This document shows positions 1-7,230 of a stretch of 15,806 nt of DNA, one piece after another. Numbering within the stretch: the stretch's first letter is position 1; every line of letters starts with the position of its first letter. The DNA is taken from positions 1 through 15,806 of the forward strand of contig JBIJDH010000054.1 of assembly GCA_044344255.1 (NCBI GenBank), given 5' to 3'. Origin of the DNA: Myxococcota bacterium (GTDB lineage Bacteria > Myxococcota_A > UBA796 > UBA2385). A model generated the notes under the pieces. It ran no database searches, had not been told where the DNA came from, and worked only from the letters and a program-made list of their open reading frames with translations. Position numbers and translations under genes: made by a program.

Positions 1-68
<68 letters not shown>

Positions 69-114
69 AATCCACAAAAACTCTTACTTGTTTCAAACGA
101 GAGTTGCTATCTGG

Positions 115-126
115 TTTTCAAAGACC
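115..126 (-). promoter_or_regulatory. boxA-like rRNA leader antitermination element
   Basis: Minus strand GGTCTTTGAAAA about 50 nt upstream of the 16S 5' end, matching the common rrn leader boxA variant (TCTTTGAAAA). Confidence 0.75.
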
Positions 127-160
127 GACCGGGAGCTCGAAGAGCAGCCCGTCTGGCCCT

Positions 161-190
161 CTTCTAACTCTCTTTCTGAATAGCCGTCAA
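161..190 (-). promoter_or_regulatory. Candidate proximal sigma70-type rrn promoter
   Basis: TTGACG (190-185) - 18 nt - TAGAAG (166-161), followed by a GC-rich discriminator-like stretch, just upstream of boxA. Confidence 0.55.
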
Positions 191-374
191 GGCGATTCGG
201 AAACTTGACCCTTCGGCGCCGGCCGGGAAGTTTCCCCGCAGCGCCTACAGGTGGCATCAGCTATCCCCACACCCAAAATCTGTCCAGTGCTATTCTCTCG
301 TCACCGAGAGCCGAACAGAATCATGGCAAGCCCAGCGTGACCAACCATGCTGGGGTGGACTCGTTAGAACTCCC

Positions 375-403
375 GTCCTATCGAAGCCCACGCGGGCTGT
401 CAA
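375..403 (-). promoter_or_regulatory. Candidate upstream sigma70-type rrn promoter
   Basis: Perfect TTGACA (403-398) - 17 nt - TAGGAC (380-375), directed towards the 16S gene. Confidence 0.5.
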
Positions 404-484
404 GGAACGTCGTTAGGGGATGTCAACCGATGCTTCTAAATGTCCGAGAGCTGCGCCTTGGAGGTCTCCCCCCGAAGCTCGCCC

Positions 485-513
485 CTATTATGGCCTCTGG
501 CCGAGCCCGTCAA
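485..513 (-). promoter_or_regulatory. Candidate distal sigma70-type promoter facing 16S
   Basis: TTGACG (513-508) - 17 nt - TAATAG (490-485); alternative register CATAAT at 492-487 with a 15-nt spacer. An AT-rich patch in very GC-rich DNA. Confidence 0.45.
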
Positions 514-528
514 GGCTCGCTGCGCTCT

Positions 529-1056
529 TCAGCCGCGCATCATGATGATCTTGTAGATCCAACCTCCCATCATGCCGCCCAGCAACGCGATCGCCACCCC
601 CGTCTCGTTCCGCTGGATCCAACGCAGCACGATCCGCCACCTCGCAGCGGGGCGGAGGAGGTCCGCCACACCGAGGATCGCTCCGAAGAGCGTGAGGGAG
701 AAGAGCACCACGCCGAAGGGCTGGGTGATCGCTCCCTGGATCAAGTGGGCATGCGCCAGGTGCGCGAACGTCGTGGTCATGCCACACATCGGGCACGGGA
801 TGCCGGTGAGGCTCAGCATGGTGCAAGCGCCCAGGCCGAGCTGCCGGTGGGTCCCCACCCCTTCAGAGGCAGGCTCGAGCGAGAGGGCGATCGCCAGAAC
901 GGCGATCGACGGCAGCGCGAGCATGATCCCCACGAGGCGATCCTGGATCGCCCCCGAGAGGCGTTCAAATTGGTCGAGCGGCCACAGCACCACACCACCC
1001 ACTCGCTCGATGGCCTCCGTGGCCCGGGCGGACAGGCTGGCCAGCGAGTCAGCCAA
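529..1056 (-). CDS. DUF2752-family membrane protein
   Basis: GTHRQLGLGAC...TGIPCPMCGMTT motif typical of DUF2752, with three hydrophobic segments. The TTG start overlaps the zapA stop by 8 nt; alternative ATG start at 924. Confidence 0.75.
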   Translation of the reverse strand: MADSLASLSARATEAIERVGGVVLWPLDQFERLSGAIQDRLVGIMLALPSIAVLAIALSLEPASEGVGTHRQLGLGACTMLSLTGIPCPMCGMTTTFAHLAHAHLIQGAITQPFGVVLFSLTLFGAILGVADLLRPAARWRIVLRWIQRNETGVAIALLGGMMGGWIYKIIMMRG

Positions 1057-1339
1057 GGACTTCTTCCGGCACGGCGGCCTCCAACAGGGCGGCCACCGAT
1101 GCGGCCTCCCGATCGAGGTCGGCGAGATCGCGGGCCACTTGCTGGCGCATCCGCCGAAGTTCGCTGGCGAGGTTCAGCGCGGTGAGCAGCGCGACGGTGT
1201 ACTCGTCGTAGGACCGCGTTCGGGTGGCCACCTCGGCGAGCCGAGTGTCCAAGTCGGCCGCGACGGCTTCGATGTCGTCTGAGGACTCGTCTCCGCGGAC
1301 GGTGTACTGCCGGCCGCGGATGGTGATGCGAACATTCAT
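1049..1339 (-). CDS. zapA: Cell division protein ZapA
   Basis: 96 aa. N-terminal VRITIRGRQYTV beta-hairpin, VALLTALNLASEL motif and C-terminal coiled coil, all characteristic of ZapA. Confidence 0.9.
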   Translation of the reverse strand: MNVRITIRGRQYTVRGDESSDDIEAVAADLDTRLAEVATRTRSYDEYTVALLTALNLASELRRMRQQVARDLADLDREAASVAALLEAAVPEEVLG

Positions 1340-1345
1340 GACTTC

Positions 1346-1375
1346 AACCTATTGCAATCCAGAATCTGACGTCAA
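1346..1375 (-). promoter_or_regulatory. Candidate internal promoter for zapA
   Basis: TTGACG (1375-1370, overlapping the ftsY stop) - 18 nt - TAGGTT (1351-1346), then 6 nt to the zapA ATG. Confidence 0.5.
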
Positions 1376-2439
1376 CCCTCACTCGACGCGCGCGGTCCGA
1401 GCAAGGCATCGACAAACGCGTCCGGTTCGAAGTCCTGCAGCGCGTCGATGCCCTCGCCGAGGCCGACCAGCTTAACCGGGGTCTTGATCTCCTCGCCGAC
1501 CGCGACGACGACGCCACCGCGGGCCGTACCGTCGAGCTTGGTCAGCACAACACCCGTCACCCCCACGACCTCCTTGAAGGTGCGGGCCTGCGAAAGGGCG
1601 TTCTGGCCAATGGTGGCGTCGAGGACCAGGAGCACTTCGTGAGGGGCCGTCGGCACGGCCTTGGTCATCACACGCACCACCTTTCCGAGCTCGTCCATCA
1701 GCGGCTTCTGCGCCTGTAGGCGCCCAGCGGTGTCGCAAATCACGACGTCCACCTTGCGAGCGACGGCGGCCTGCAGCGCGTCAAAGATGACGGCGGCGGG
1801 ATCGGCTCCTTCCTGGTGCGCGATGACCGGCACACCCGCGCGCTCCCCCCACACCTTGAGCTGCTCGATGGCCCCGGCGCGAAAGGTGTCGCCGGCCGCG
1901 AGGAGCACCTTCTTTCCCATGCGCTGATACCGGGCGGCGAGCTTGCCGATCGTGGTGGTCTTGCCGCTGCCGTTCACGCCGACCACGAGGATCACCAACG
2001 GGCCTTGGCTCACCTCGGTGAGCGCTCGCCTCGGTCCAATGCGGCGAAGCAGCTCGGACCGCAGGAGCTCCCGATGATCCACCTTCTCCTTCCCGGCGGC
2101 CGAGGCTTTGCGCACCGCAGCGACGATCGCGGCCGCGGTTCGAACCCCCACGTCGGCGCCGATCAGCGCGTCTTCCAGCGCCTGGAGACCGGCGGCGTCG
2201 ACCGGGCCACCACCGAGGAAGCGCGCCAGACCCTTGCCAAAGGCCTCTCGACTGCGAGCGAGGCCACGGAAGAAGAGCGCCGCGACCCCATCGCCTGTAC
2301 CGGGCTCCGGACGGGCGGGGGGCGTCCCCTCCCCTGGCCGGACCGGGCCGGTCAGCGCTCGCTGTCGCGCTCGCCACACCAGCGCTCCGATGCCAAGCAC
2401 CACTGCAACGACCAGGACGCCGACGACGATCGCCTCCAC
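1372..2439 (-). CDS. ftsY: Signal recognition particle receptor FtsY with N-terminal transmembrane helix
   Basis: SRP GTPase motifs GVNGSGKTTT, DTFRAGA, DTAGR, TKLDGTARGG, GLGE; NG-domain LEDALIGADVG. GTG start with a GGAGG SD. Confidence 0.97.
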   Translation of the reverse strand: MEAIVVGVLVVAVVLGIGALVWRARQRALTGPVRPGEGTPPARPEPGTGDGVAALFFRGLARSREAFGKGLARFLGGGPVDAAGLQALEDALIGADVGVRTAAAIVAAVRKASAAGKEKVDHRELLRSELLRRIGPRRALTEVSQGPLVILVVGVNGSGKTTTIGKLAARYQRMGKKVLLAAGDTFRAGAIEQLKVWGERAGVPVIAHQEGADPAAVIFDALQAAVARKVDVVICDTAGRLQAQKPLMDELGKVVRVMTKAVPTAPHEVLLVLDATIGQNALSQARTFKEVVGVTGVVLTKLDGTARGGVVVAVGEEIKTPVKLVGLGEGIDALQDFEPDAFVDALLGPRASSEG

Positions 2440-2568
2440 CGCGCACCCTCCGGCCAGGTTCCGTCTGCCGTCGAACTTACCCCAGCGCGAACACCGCGCC
2501 GAACATCGCTCCTATCGATGCCTTCGCTATGCGGCCAACGACAGCCTCAACCCGACCGTGCTCACCGC

Positions 2569-5500
2569 TCAATCGATGTGCGCGGAGACCAGGCGCGAGA
2601 CGCCGGGCGACGGCATGGTCACCCCATACAGCGTGTCGGCCCCCTCCATCGTCTTCTTGTTGTGGGTGATGACGATGAACTGCGACATCGCCGCCATCTC
2701 ACGGAGCATGCTGTTGAAGCGGGCCCCGTTTCCCTCATCCAGGGGGGCGTCGACCTCATCCAGCAGGCAGAAGGGCGAAGGCTTGATCCGGAACAGCGAG
2801 AAGATCAGGGCGATCGCCACCATCGCCGTCTCACCGCCGGAAAGCAGGGAGAGGGTGGTCAGCCGTTTGCCGGGCGGCTGTACGAAGATCTCCACGCCGG
2901 AGTTCAAGATGTCCCCTTCGTCCGTGAGGTGGAGGCGGGCCTTGCCTCCGCCAACCAGTCGCGGGTAGGTCTCCTGAAAGCAGGCGTTCACACGGTCGAA
3001 GGTCTCACGGAAGCGCTCCCGGCTGATGCGGTCGAGGCGGGCTACCGTCTGCTTGATGGAGCTCACCGACTGATCGAGATCGGCCCGCTGCCCGTCGAGG
3101 ACCCGGTGCTCTTCTGCGAGCGCCGTGTACTCCTGGAGCGCGACGTGGTTCACCTCTCCGAGCTTCCCAAGCTCCGTCCGCGCCTCGGCGAGGCGTGCGT
3201 GAACGGCGTTGACGAGCGCCTCGTCTTCGAGGGTGGCCGCGGTGACCCGCATGTCGTCGATGAGCTCAAGGTCCTTGGCCGTGGCGACGGCGGCCTCTGG
3301 GAGGCCCTCGACGCGCACCCCCGGATCGGGCTCGAGCACAATGAAGCCCACCCGGTCGATACGATCGAGCATGCCCGGAGCGGCGATCGAGTAGCGCTCC
3401 TCGAGCTGCTCCTTGATGCGGCCGAGCTCTTCCTTGACGGCCGTCACCTTCCGATCCAGGTCCATCCTGCGGTTCGTCGCCTCCTCCCGGCGGCCGCGGA
3501 GCCCCTTCAGGCCATCCTCGAGCTTCTTGTACGCTTCTCGCGCCACTTTGGCCTTCTCACGCTCCTCGTCGATGGACACGCGGAGGCTGCCCTGCTCGGC
3601 GCCGAGCGCGCCGAGGGCCCCGTCCAAGCGCTCATCATCCGCGATGAGCTCAGCGATCCGGGCGCGTGACGCAGCGAGCTCCTGAAGGCTGGCTTCCAGC
3701 TGACGGGTCGCCCCCTCGACCGAAGCCTTGGCGTCGGCCTCGGCACGCATCCAGCCGCGCAGCCGCTCCCGGAGAGCGGCCGCCTCCGTCCCCCGCTGGT
3801 TGACGAGATCACGCAGGCGGCCGAGCTCTCGGGACTCCTCGATGAGGCCTTGCTGATCTTGCTGCAGCGACTCTTCCGCCACGGCCTGCCCCTCGTGGTT
3901 CTCCGCGATTTGACGTTTGAGCAGGTCAATGCGCGAGCGGAGCGCGGCGATTGAGCCCGCGATCTCGGTCTCTTCGGCGATGATCTGCTGGGACAGCGCT
4001 TCGTGACGGAGGCGCTCCCGATCCAGATCTTGTCGATGTCGCCGGGCCTCGCGCACGGAGAGCTCGGCCTCTGAGGTGGCCCGCCGAGCGTCCTCACTCA
4101 GGCCGCGCGCCTGTTGACCCAGCGTTTGGGCGGCGTCCCGCGCCAGCCGCGCCGCCTCGACCCGTGACCGCGCCTCGGTCACCTGTTCGAGGGCGGGGGC
4201 GTGTTGCTCCTTCAAGCGGTTGATCTCTCGGCGCCGTGCGAGGACCGCCCTCCCCTCATTTCGCAGATCACCCGACAACAGCTCACCGGTCGCGCTGAGG
4301 CTCAGCGGTTGAGCCCCGCCGAGCACGACCTGACCACGGCCGCATCGGCGCCACTCCCGGAGGGCCGCCTCCGGGTCCTCCGCGAGGTCGAGCTCCCCGA
4401 CGAGCGCACCGAGCGCCCGGAGGCCGGGCTCACTCCCTGAGATTCGCGCGGCCAGCCCGGTGGTAGGCACCGCGCGACCCTCGATCGAGATCACCCCGAC
4501 CCGCGCGTCCCCGGCGGCACGAACGACGGCCAGCGCGACCTCATCGTCCTCCACCACGAGATCCTGCAGCGAGGCGCCGAGGAGGGAGGCGAGTCGCGCC
4601 TCCAGCGCCTCGGGCACGTCCAGGTGCTCAGCGAGCGTACCGCGTACCCCGGGGATCTGAAGCAGGCCGCGCGTCCCGCTCCCCAGCTCGGCGTGGCCTT
4701 GTTGGAGCGACTCCAGCGACTCCAAGCGGGCGCGGAGGCGGGTCTCCTCCCGCTCAGACTCGACGAGCGCGGCCTCGAGCGCGCGGAGGGTGACGACGGA
4801 CTGTTTCGCCTCCGACTCGCGTTGGGCGATCGCCTGGTGCGCGACCTCGGCGGCGAGCTTGCGCTCCTCGAAGATCCGCTCGGCCTGGGCCACGGTTGCG
4901 CTGAGGGCCTCAATCTGCCGTCCGACCTCGCTTACCCCCGACCCGGCCTCCCGCTTGCGGAGGTGCACACGCGCGAGCCGCTGATCCAGGTCGACCTGCC
5001 GCTGGAGCCCGCCGTCGTGCTCGGTCCGAGCTCGTACCCCCTCGCGCACCCGGTTGAGGACGACGGTCTTGCCTTCCTCGATGCGTCCCCGGCGCTCCCG
5101 TACGGTGTTCTCGGCGGCGAAGGCCTGCCCGCGCACCACGGAGAGGGTCGCCTCCGCGGTCGTCGCCTCTGCCTCAGTCCGACTCCGGTCCCGCTCGGCC
5201 TCGGCGCGGCGCTTCTCAGCCTCCTCGCGGAGGCCCGCCGCCTCGACGCGCTGGCGGTCGAGGGCTTCGACCCGGCGCTCAAGCTCGGTCTGCTCACGGC
5301 TCTGGTACTGACGGGCCGACTCCTGCTCTCGGCGGCTGGCCTCGACCTCGGCGAGGCGGTCTCGCAGCCTACCCACCACGGCTTCGAGCTGCTCGGCGGC
5401 GCTCCGCTCCTTGGTGAGGCCGGCCTCGTGCTGCTCCAGCTCCCGAATGAGGCCGACCTCCTTCGCCTCGGCCTGGCGCACCTGATCGACGAGGCTTCGC

Positions 5501-6231
5501 CGATCGAGGGAGAGCCCAGCGAAGCGCGAGAGGCCCTGGAAGATCTCCCCCTGGCGGATGTAAGAACGGAGCCGACGATGCCGCATCGCGCGCGCCACTT
5601 GTCGCTCGAGCGAGCGCATGCGCGTGGCCAGGTCAGCCACCGAGGTCGCGACCCGCTCCAGGTTGGCCTCGGTGCTGACGAGGCGCTGCTCGGCCTCCTC
5701 TCGCTTTTGCTTGTAGCGAGAGATCCCGGCTGCTTCCTCGATCAGGGGGCGACGCTCTTCGGGCTTCGCGGAGACGATCTGCCCGATACGACCCTGCTCG
5801 ATGAAGGAGTACATCCGGTTGCCGGCGCCGGAGTCGAGGAAGAGGTCTTGGATGTCCTTGAGGCGCGCCTTTTGCTGGTTGATGAGGTACTCGCTGCCAC
5901 CATCCCGGTAGAGCCGCCGGGTGATCTGCAGCTCGTCGAAGCGCGCCCAGTCCCCGGAGAAGGGCTCATCTCCCGCCGATAAGGTGAGGGTCACCTCCGC
6001 GAGGCTCATCGGCGAGCGGTCCTCCGAGCCGCCGAAGATCACGTCCTGCATCGCCTGCCCGCGCAGGCTCCGCGCCGACTGTTCCCCGAGGCACCACTTC
6101 ACGGCATCGACGACGTTGGACTTTCCGCAGCCGTTCGGGCCGACCACGCCGGAGACACCGGGCCCGAAGTGGAAAGTGGTCCGGTCCGGGAAGGACTTGA
6201 AGCCGTGCAGGTCGAGCTTTCGGATGTGCAT
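2569..6231 (-). CDS. smc: Chromosome segregation protein SMC
   Basis: 1220 aa. N-terminal GFKSF, Walker A GPNGCGKSN, Q-loop IEQG, two long coiled coils around a hinge, LGEVN, signature LSGGE, Walker B/D-loop LLDEVDAPLD, QFIVITH. The smc-ftsY gene order is widespread. Confidence 0.98.
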   Translation of the reverse strand: MHIRKLDLHGFKSFPDRTTFHFGPGVSGVVGPNGCGKSNVVDAVKWCLGEQSARSLRGQAMQDVIFGGSEDRSPMSLAEVTLTLSAGDEPFSGDWARFDELQITRRLYRDGGSEYLINQQKARLKDIQDLFLDSGAGNRMYSFIEQGRIGQIVSAKPEERRPLIEEAAGISRYKQKREEAEQRLVSTEANLERVATSVADLATRMRSLERQVARAMRHRRLRSYIRQGEIFQGLSRFAGLSLDRRSLVDQVRQAEAKEVGLIRELEQHEAGLTKERSAAEQLEAVVGRLRDRLAEVEASRREQESARQYQSREQTELERRVEALDRQRVEAAGLREEAEKRRAEAERDRSRTEAEATTAEATLSVVRGQAFAAENTVRERRGRIEEGKTVVLNRVREGVRARTEHDGGLQRQVDLDQRLARVHLRKREAGSGVSEVGRQIEALSATVAQAERIFEERKLAAEVAHQAIAQRESEAKQSVVTLRALEAALVESEREETRLRARLESLESLQQGHAELGSGTRGLLQIPGVRGTLAEHLDVPEALEARLASLLGASLQDLVVEDDEVALAVVRAAGDARVGVISIEGRAVPTTGLAARISGSEPGLRALGALVGELDLAEDPEAALREWRRCGRGQVVLGGAQPLSLSATGELLSGDLRNEGRAVLARRREINRLKEQHAPALEQVTEARSRVEAARLARDAAQTLGQQARGLSEDARRATSEAELSVREARRHRQDLDRERLRHEALSQQIIAEETEIAGSIAALRSRIDLLKRQIAENHEGQAVAEESLQQDQQGLIEESRELGRLRDLVNQRGTEAAALRERLRGWMRAEADAKASVEGATRQLEASLQELAASRARIAELIADDERLDGALGALGAEQGSLRVSIDEEREKAKVAREAYKKLEDGLKGLRGRREEATNRRMDLDRKVTAVKEELGRIKEQLEERYSIAAPGMLDRIDRVGFIVLEPDPGVRVEGLPEAAVATAKDLELIDDMRVTAATLEDEALVNAVHARLAEARTELGKLGEVNHVALQEYTALAEEHRVLDGQRADLDQSVSSIKQTVARLDRISRERFRETFDRVNACFQETYPRLVGGGKARLHLTDEGDILNSGVEIFVQPPGKRLTTLSLLSGGETAMVAIALIFSLFRIKPSPFCLLDEVDAPLDEGNGARFNSMLREMAAMSQFIVITHNKKTMEGADTLYGVTMPSPGVSRLVSAHID

Positions 6232-6234
6232 GGC

Positions 6235-6327
6235 TCAATGGACCCAGATGAGGGCGACGCCCACGATGAAGAGGAATGCCGGAAGGCTCGTGATGAAGCA
6301 GCCGGGCCGCTTGTAGCGCTCAGACAT
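6235..6327 (-). CDS. Small (30 aa) putative single-pass membrane protein, absent from the ORF track
   Basis: MSERYKRPGCFITSLPAFLFIVGVALIWVH*. The ATG overlaps the end of the gamma-CA gene (gATGtctga), GGAG lies 7 nt upstream, and the stop is 3 nt before the smc ATG. 26 of 30 codons end in G/C. Confidence 0.6.
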   Translation of the reverse strand: MSERYKRPGCFITSLPAFLFIVGVALIWVH

Positions 6328-6862
6328 CGGGGGCTCCGTACGCCGCCAGGAGCCTCAGGTACTCGGCGTGGCCGTGCGAGATCCACCGCGCGACCTCCTC
6401 GTCGGAGAGGCGTCGTACGACACGTGCGGGATTGCCAACCACGAGGGAGCGGGTGGGCACCACCTGCCCCACGCGGATCACCGTCCCGGCGCCGACGACG
6501 CAGTAGGGCTCGATCACGCAGAGGTCCAAGAGGATCGCCCCCATGCCGACCAGGCAGTCGTCTGCCACCGTGCACCCGTGGAGGAGCGCTCGGTGGCCGA
6601 CGGTCACGCGAGCGCCCACCCGCACCGACGAGAGCCCGCCCGTGGCGTGCGCGATCGTTCCGTCTTGGAGGTTGGACTCCTCACCGACGTGGATGCCGCC
6701 TTGATCTCCACGTAGGACCACGCCCGGCCACACGCTCACCCTCGGTCCGATGAAGACCTCGCCGATCAGCACGGCGCTACGGTGGATCCACGCGGAGGGA
6801 TGCACGACCGGCTGCATGCCCCGAAAGGGCTCAAGAGGGGATGGAGAAGTCGCGTCCGACAC
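6320..6862 (-). CDS. Gamma-carbonic anhydrase family / hexapeptide-repeat protein (YrdA/PaaY-like)
   Basis: Left-handed beta-helix repeats, VLRGD, NLQD, and three putative Zn-ligand His (TIAH, VGH, LLH), plus VVGNPARVVR. Start re-assigned to GTG at 6862 with an AGGAGG SD (180 aa); the 7051 start would overlap the divergent TM2 gene. Confidence 0.92.
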   Translation of the reverse strand: MSDATSPSPLEPFRGMQPVVHPSAWIHRSAVLIGEVFIGPRVSVWPGVVLRGDQGGIHVGEESNLQDGTIAHATGGLSSVRVGARVTVGHRALLHGCTVADDCLVGMGAILLDLCVIEPYCVVGAGTVIRVGQVVPTRSLVVGNPARVVRRLSDEEVARWISHGHAEYLRLLAAYGAPDV

Positions 6863-6961
6863 CGAGGCCTCCTGGGCGCCGCCCCCTAACTCCCTGCGCC
6901 CCTTCGGACCGGGCTGCAATACCGCTCCCCACGGCGGCGTACTCGACGGGGGAGGAAGGAC

Positions 6962-7186
6962 ATGCGCTCCACCGCCATCGCGCCGCGCCGAGACATCGGC
7001 CTCGCGTACATCCTCTGGCTCGGCGGCTTCTTCGGCCTTGCCGGAATTCACCGCATCTATATGGGGCGCACCTGGTCGGGCCTGCTCTGGATGTTCACCG
7101 GCGGGCTCTGCATGGTGGGCCAGATCATTGATCTCTTCATGATGTCAAGGATGATCCGGGACGCCAATGAGCGCGCGGGCTGGTGA
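6962..7186 (+). CDS. TM2 domain-containing small membrane protein
   Basis: 74 aa. AYILWL-GG-FFGLAGIHRIYMG...GLLWMFTGGLCMVGQIIDLF is the TM2 consensus. Strong GGAGG SD. Confidence 0.92.
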   Translation: MRSTAIAPRRDIGLAYILWLGGFFGLAGIHRIYMGRTWSGLLWMFTGGLCMVGQIIDLFMMSRMIRDANERAGW

Positions 7187-7230
7187 CCCCAGGTTGAAGG
7201 CATGGGTGTGACGCCCCGCGCGGGTCCGCT

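Noticed and set aside
421..426. Additional perfect TTGACA on the minus strand
   Set aside because: No TA-starting -10 at 16-18 nt; the 17-nt register lands on the next TTGACA, so it was not counted as a separate promoter.
205..1185. 326-aa plus-strand ORF
   Set aside because: Antisense to DUF2752/zapA and runs through the rrn promoter region; Arg/His/Pro-rich shadow-frame composition typical of high-GC DNA.
2440..2568. Possible SRP RNA (ffs) in the smc-ftsY gap
   Set aside because: The conserved CAGG-x-CCGGAAGG-x-AGCAG domain IV motif is not present on either strand.
2477..2572. 31-aa minus-strand ORF (TTG overlapping the smc stop; MSGEHGRVEAVVGRIAKASIGAMFGAVFALG)
   Set aside because: No SD, TTG start and many A/T-ending codons (GGT, GTT, ATA) unlike the real genes here; not supported without conservation data.
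1816..5982. Long plus-strand ORFs 1816..3669, 2108..2968 and 4624..5982
   Set aside because: Antisense shadows of ftsY and smc with no recognisable motifs.
6863..7051. N-terminal extension of the gamma-CA ORF in the track
   Set aside because: Overlaps the divergent TM2 gene; an AGGAGG SD supports the GTG at 6862.
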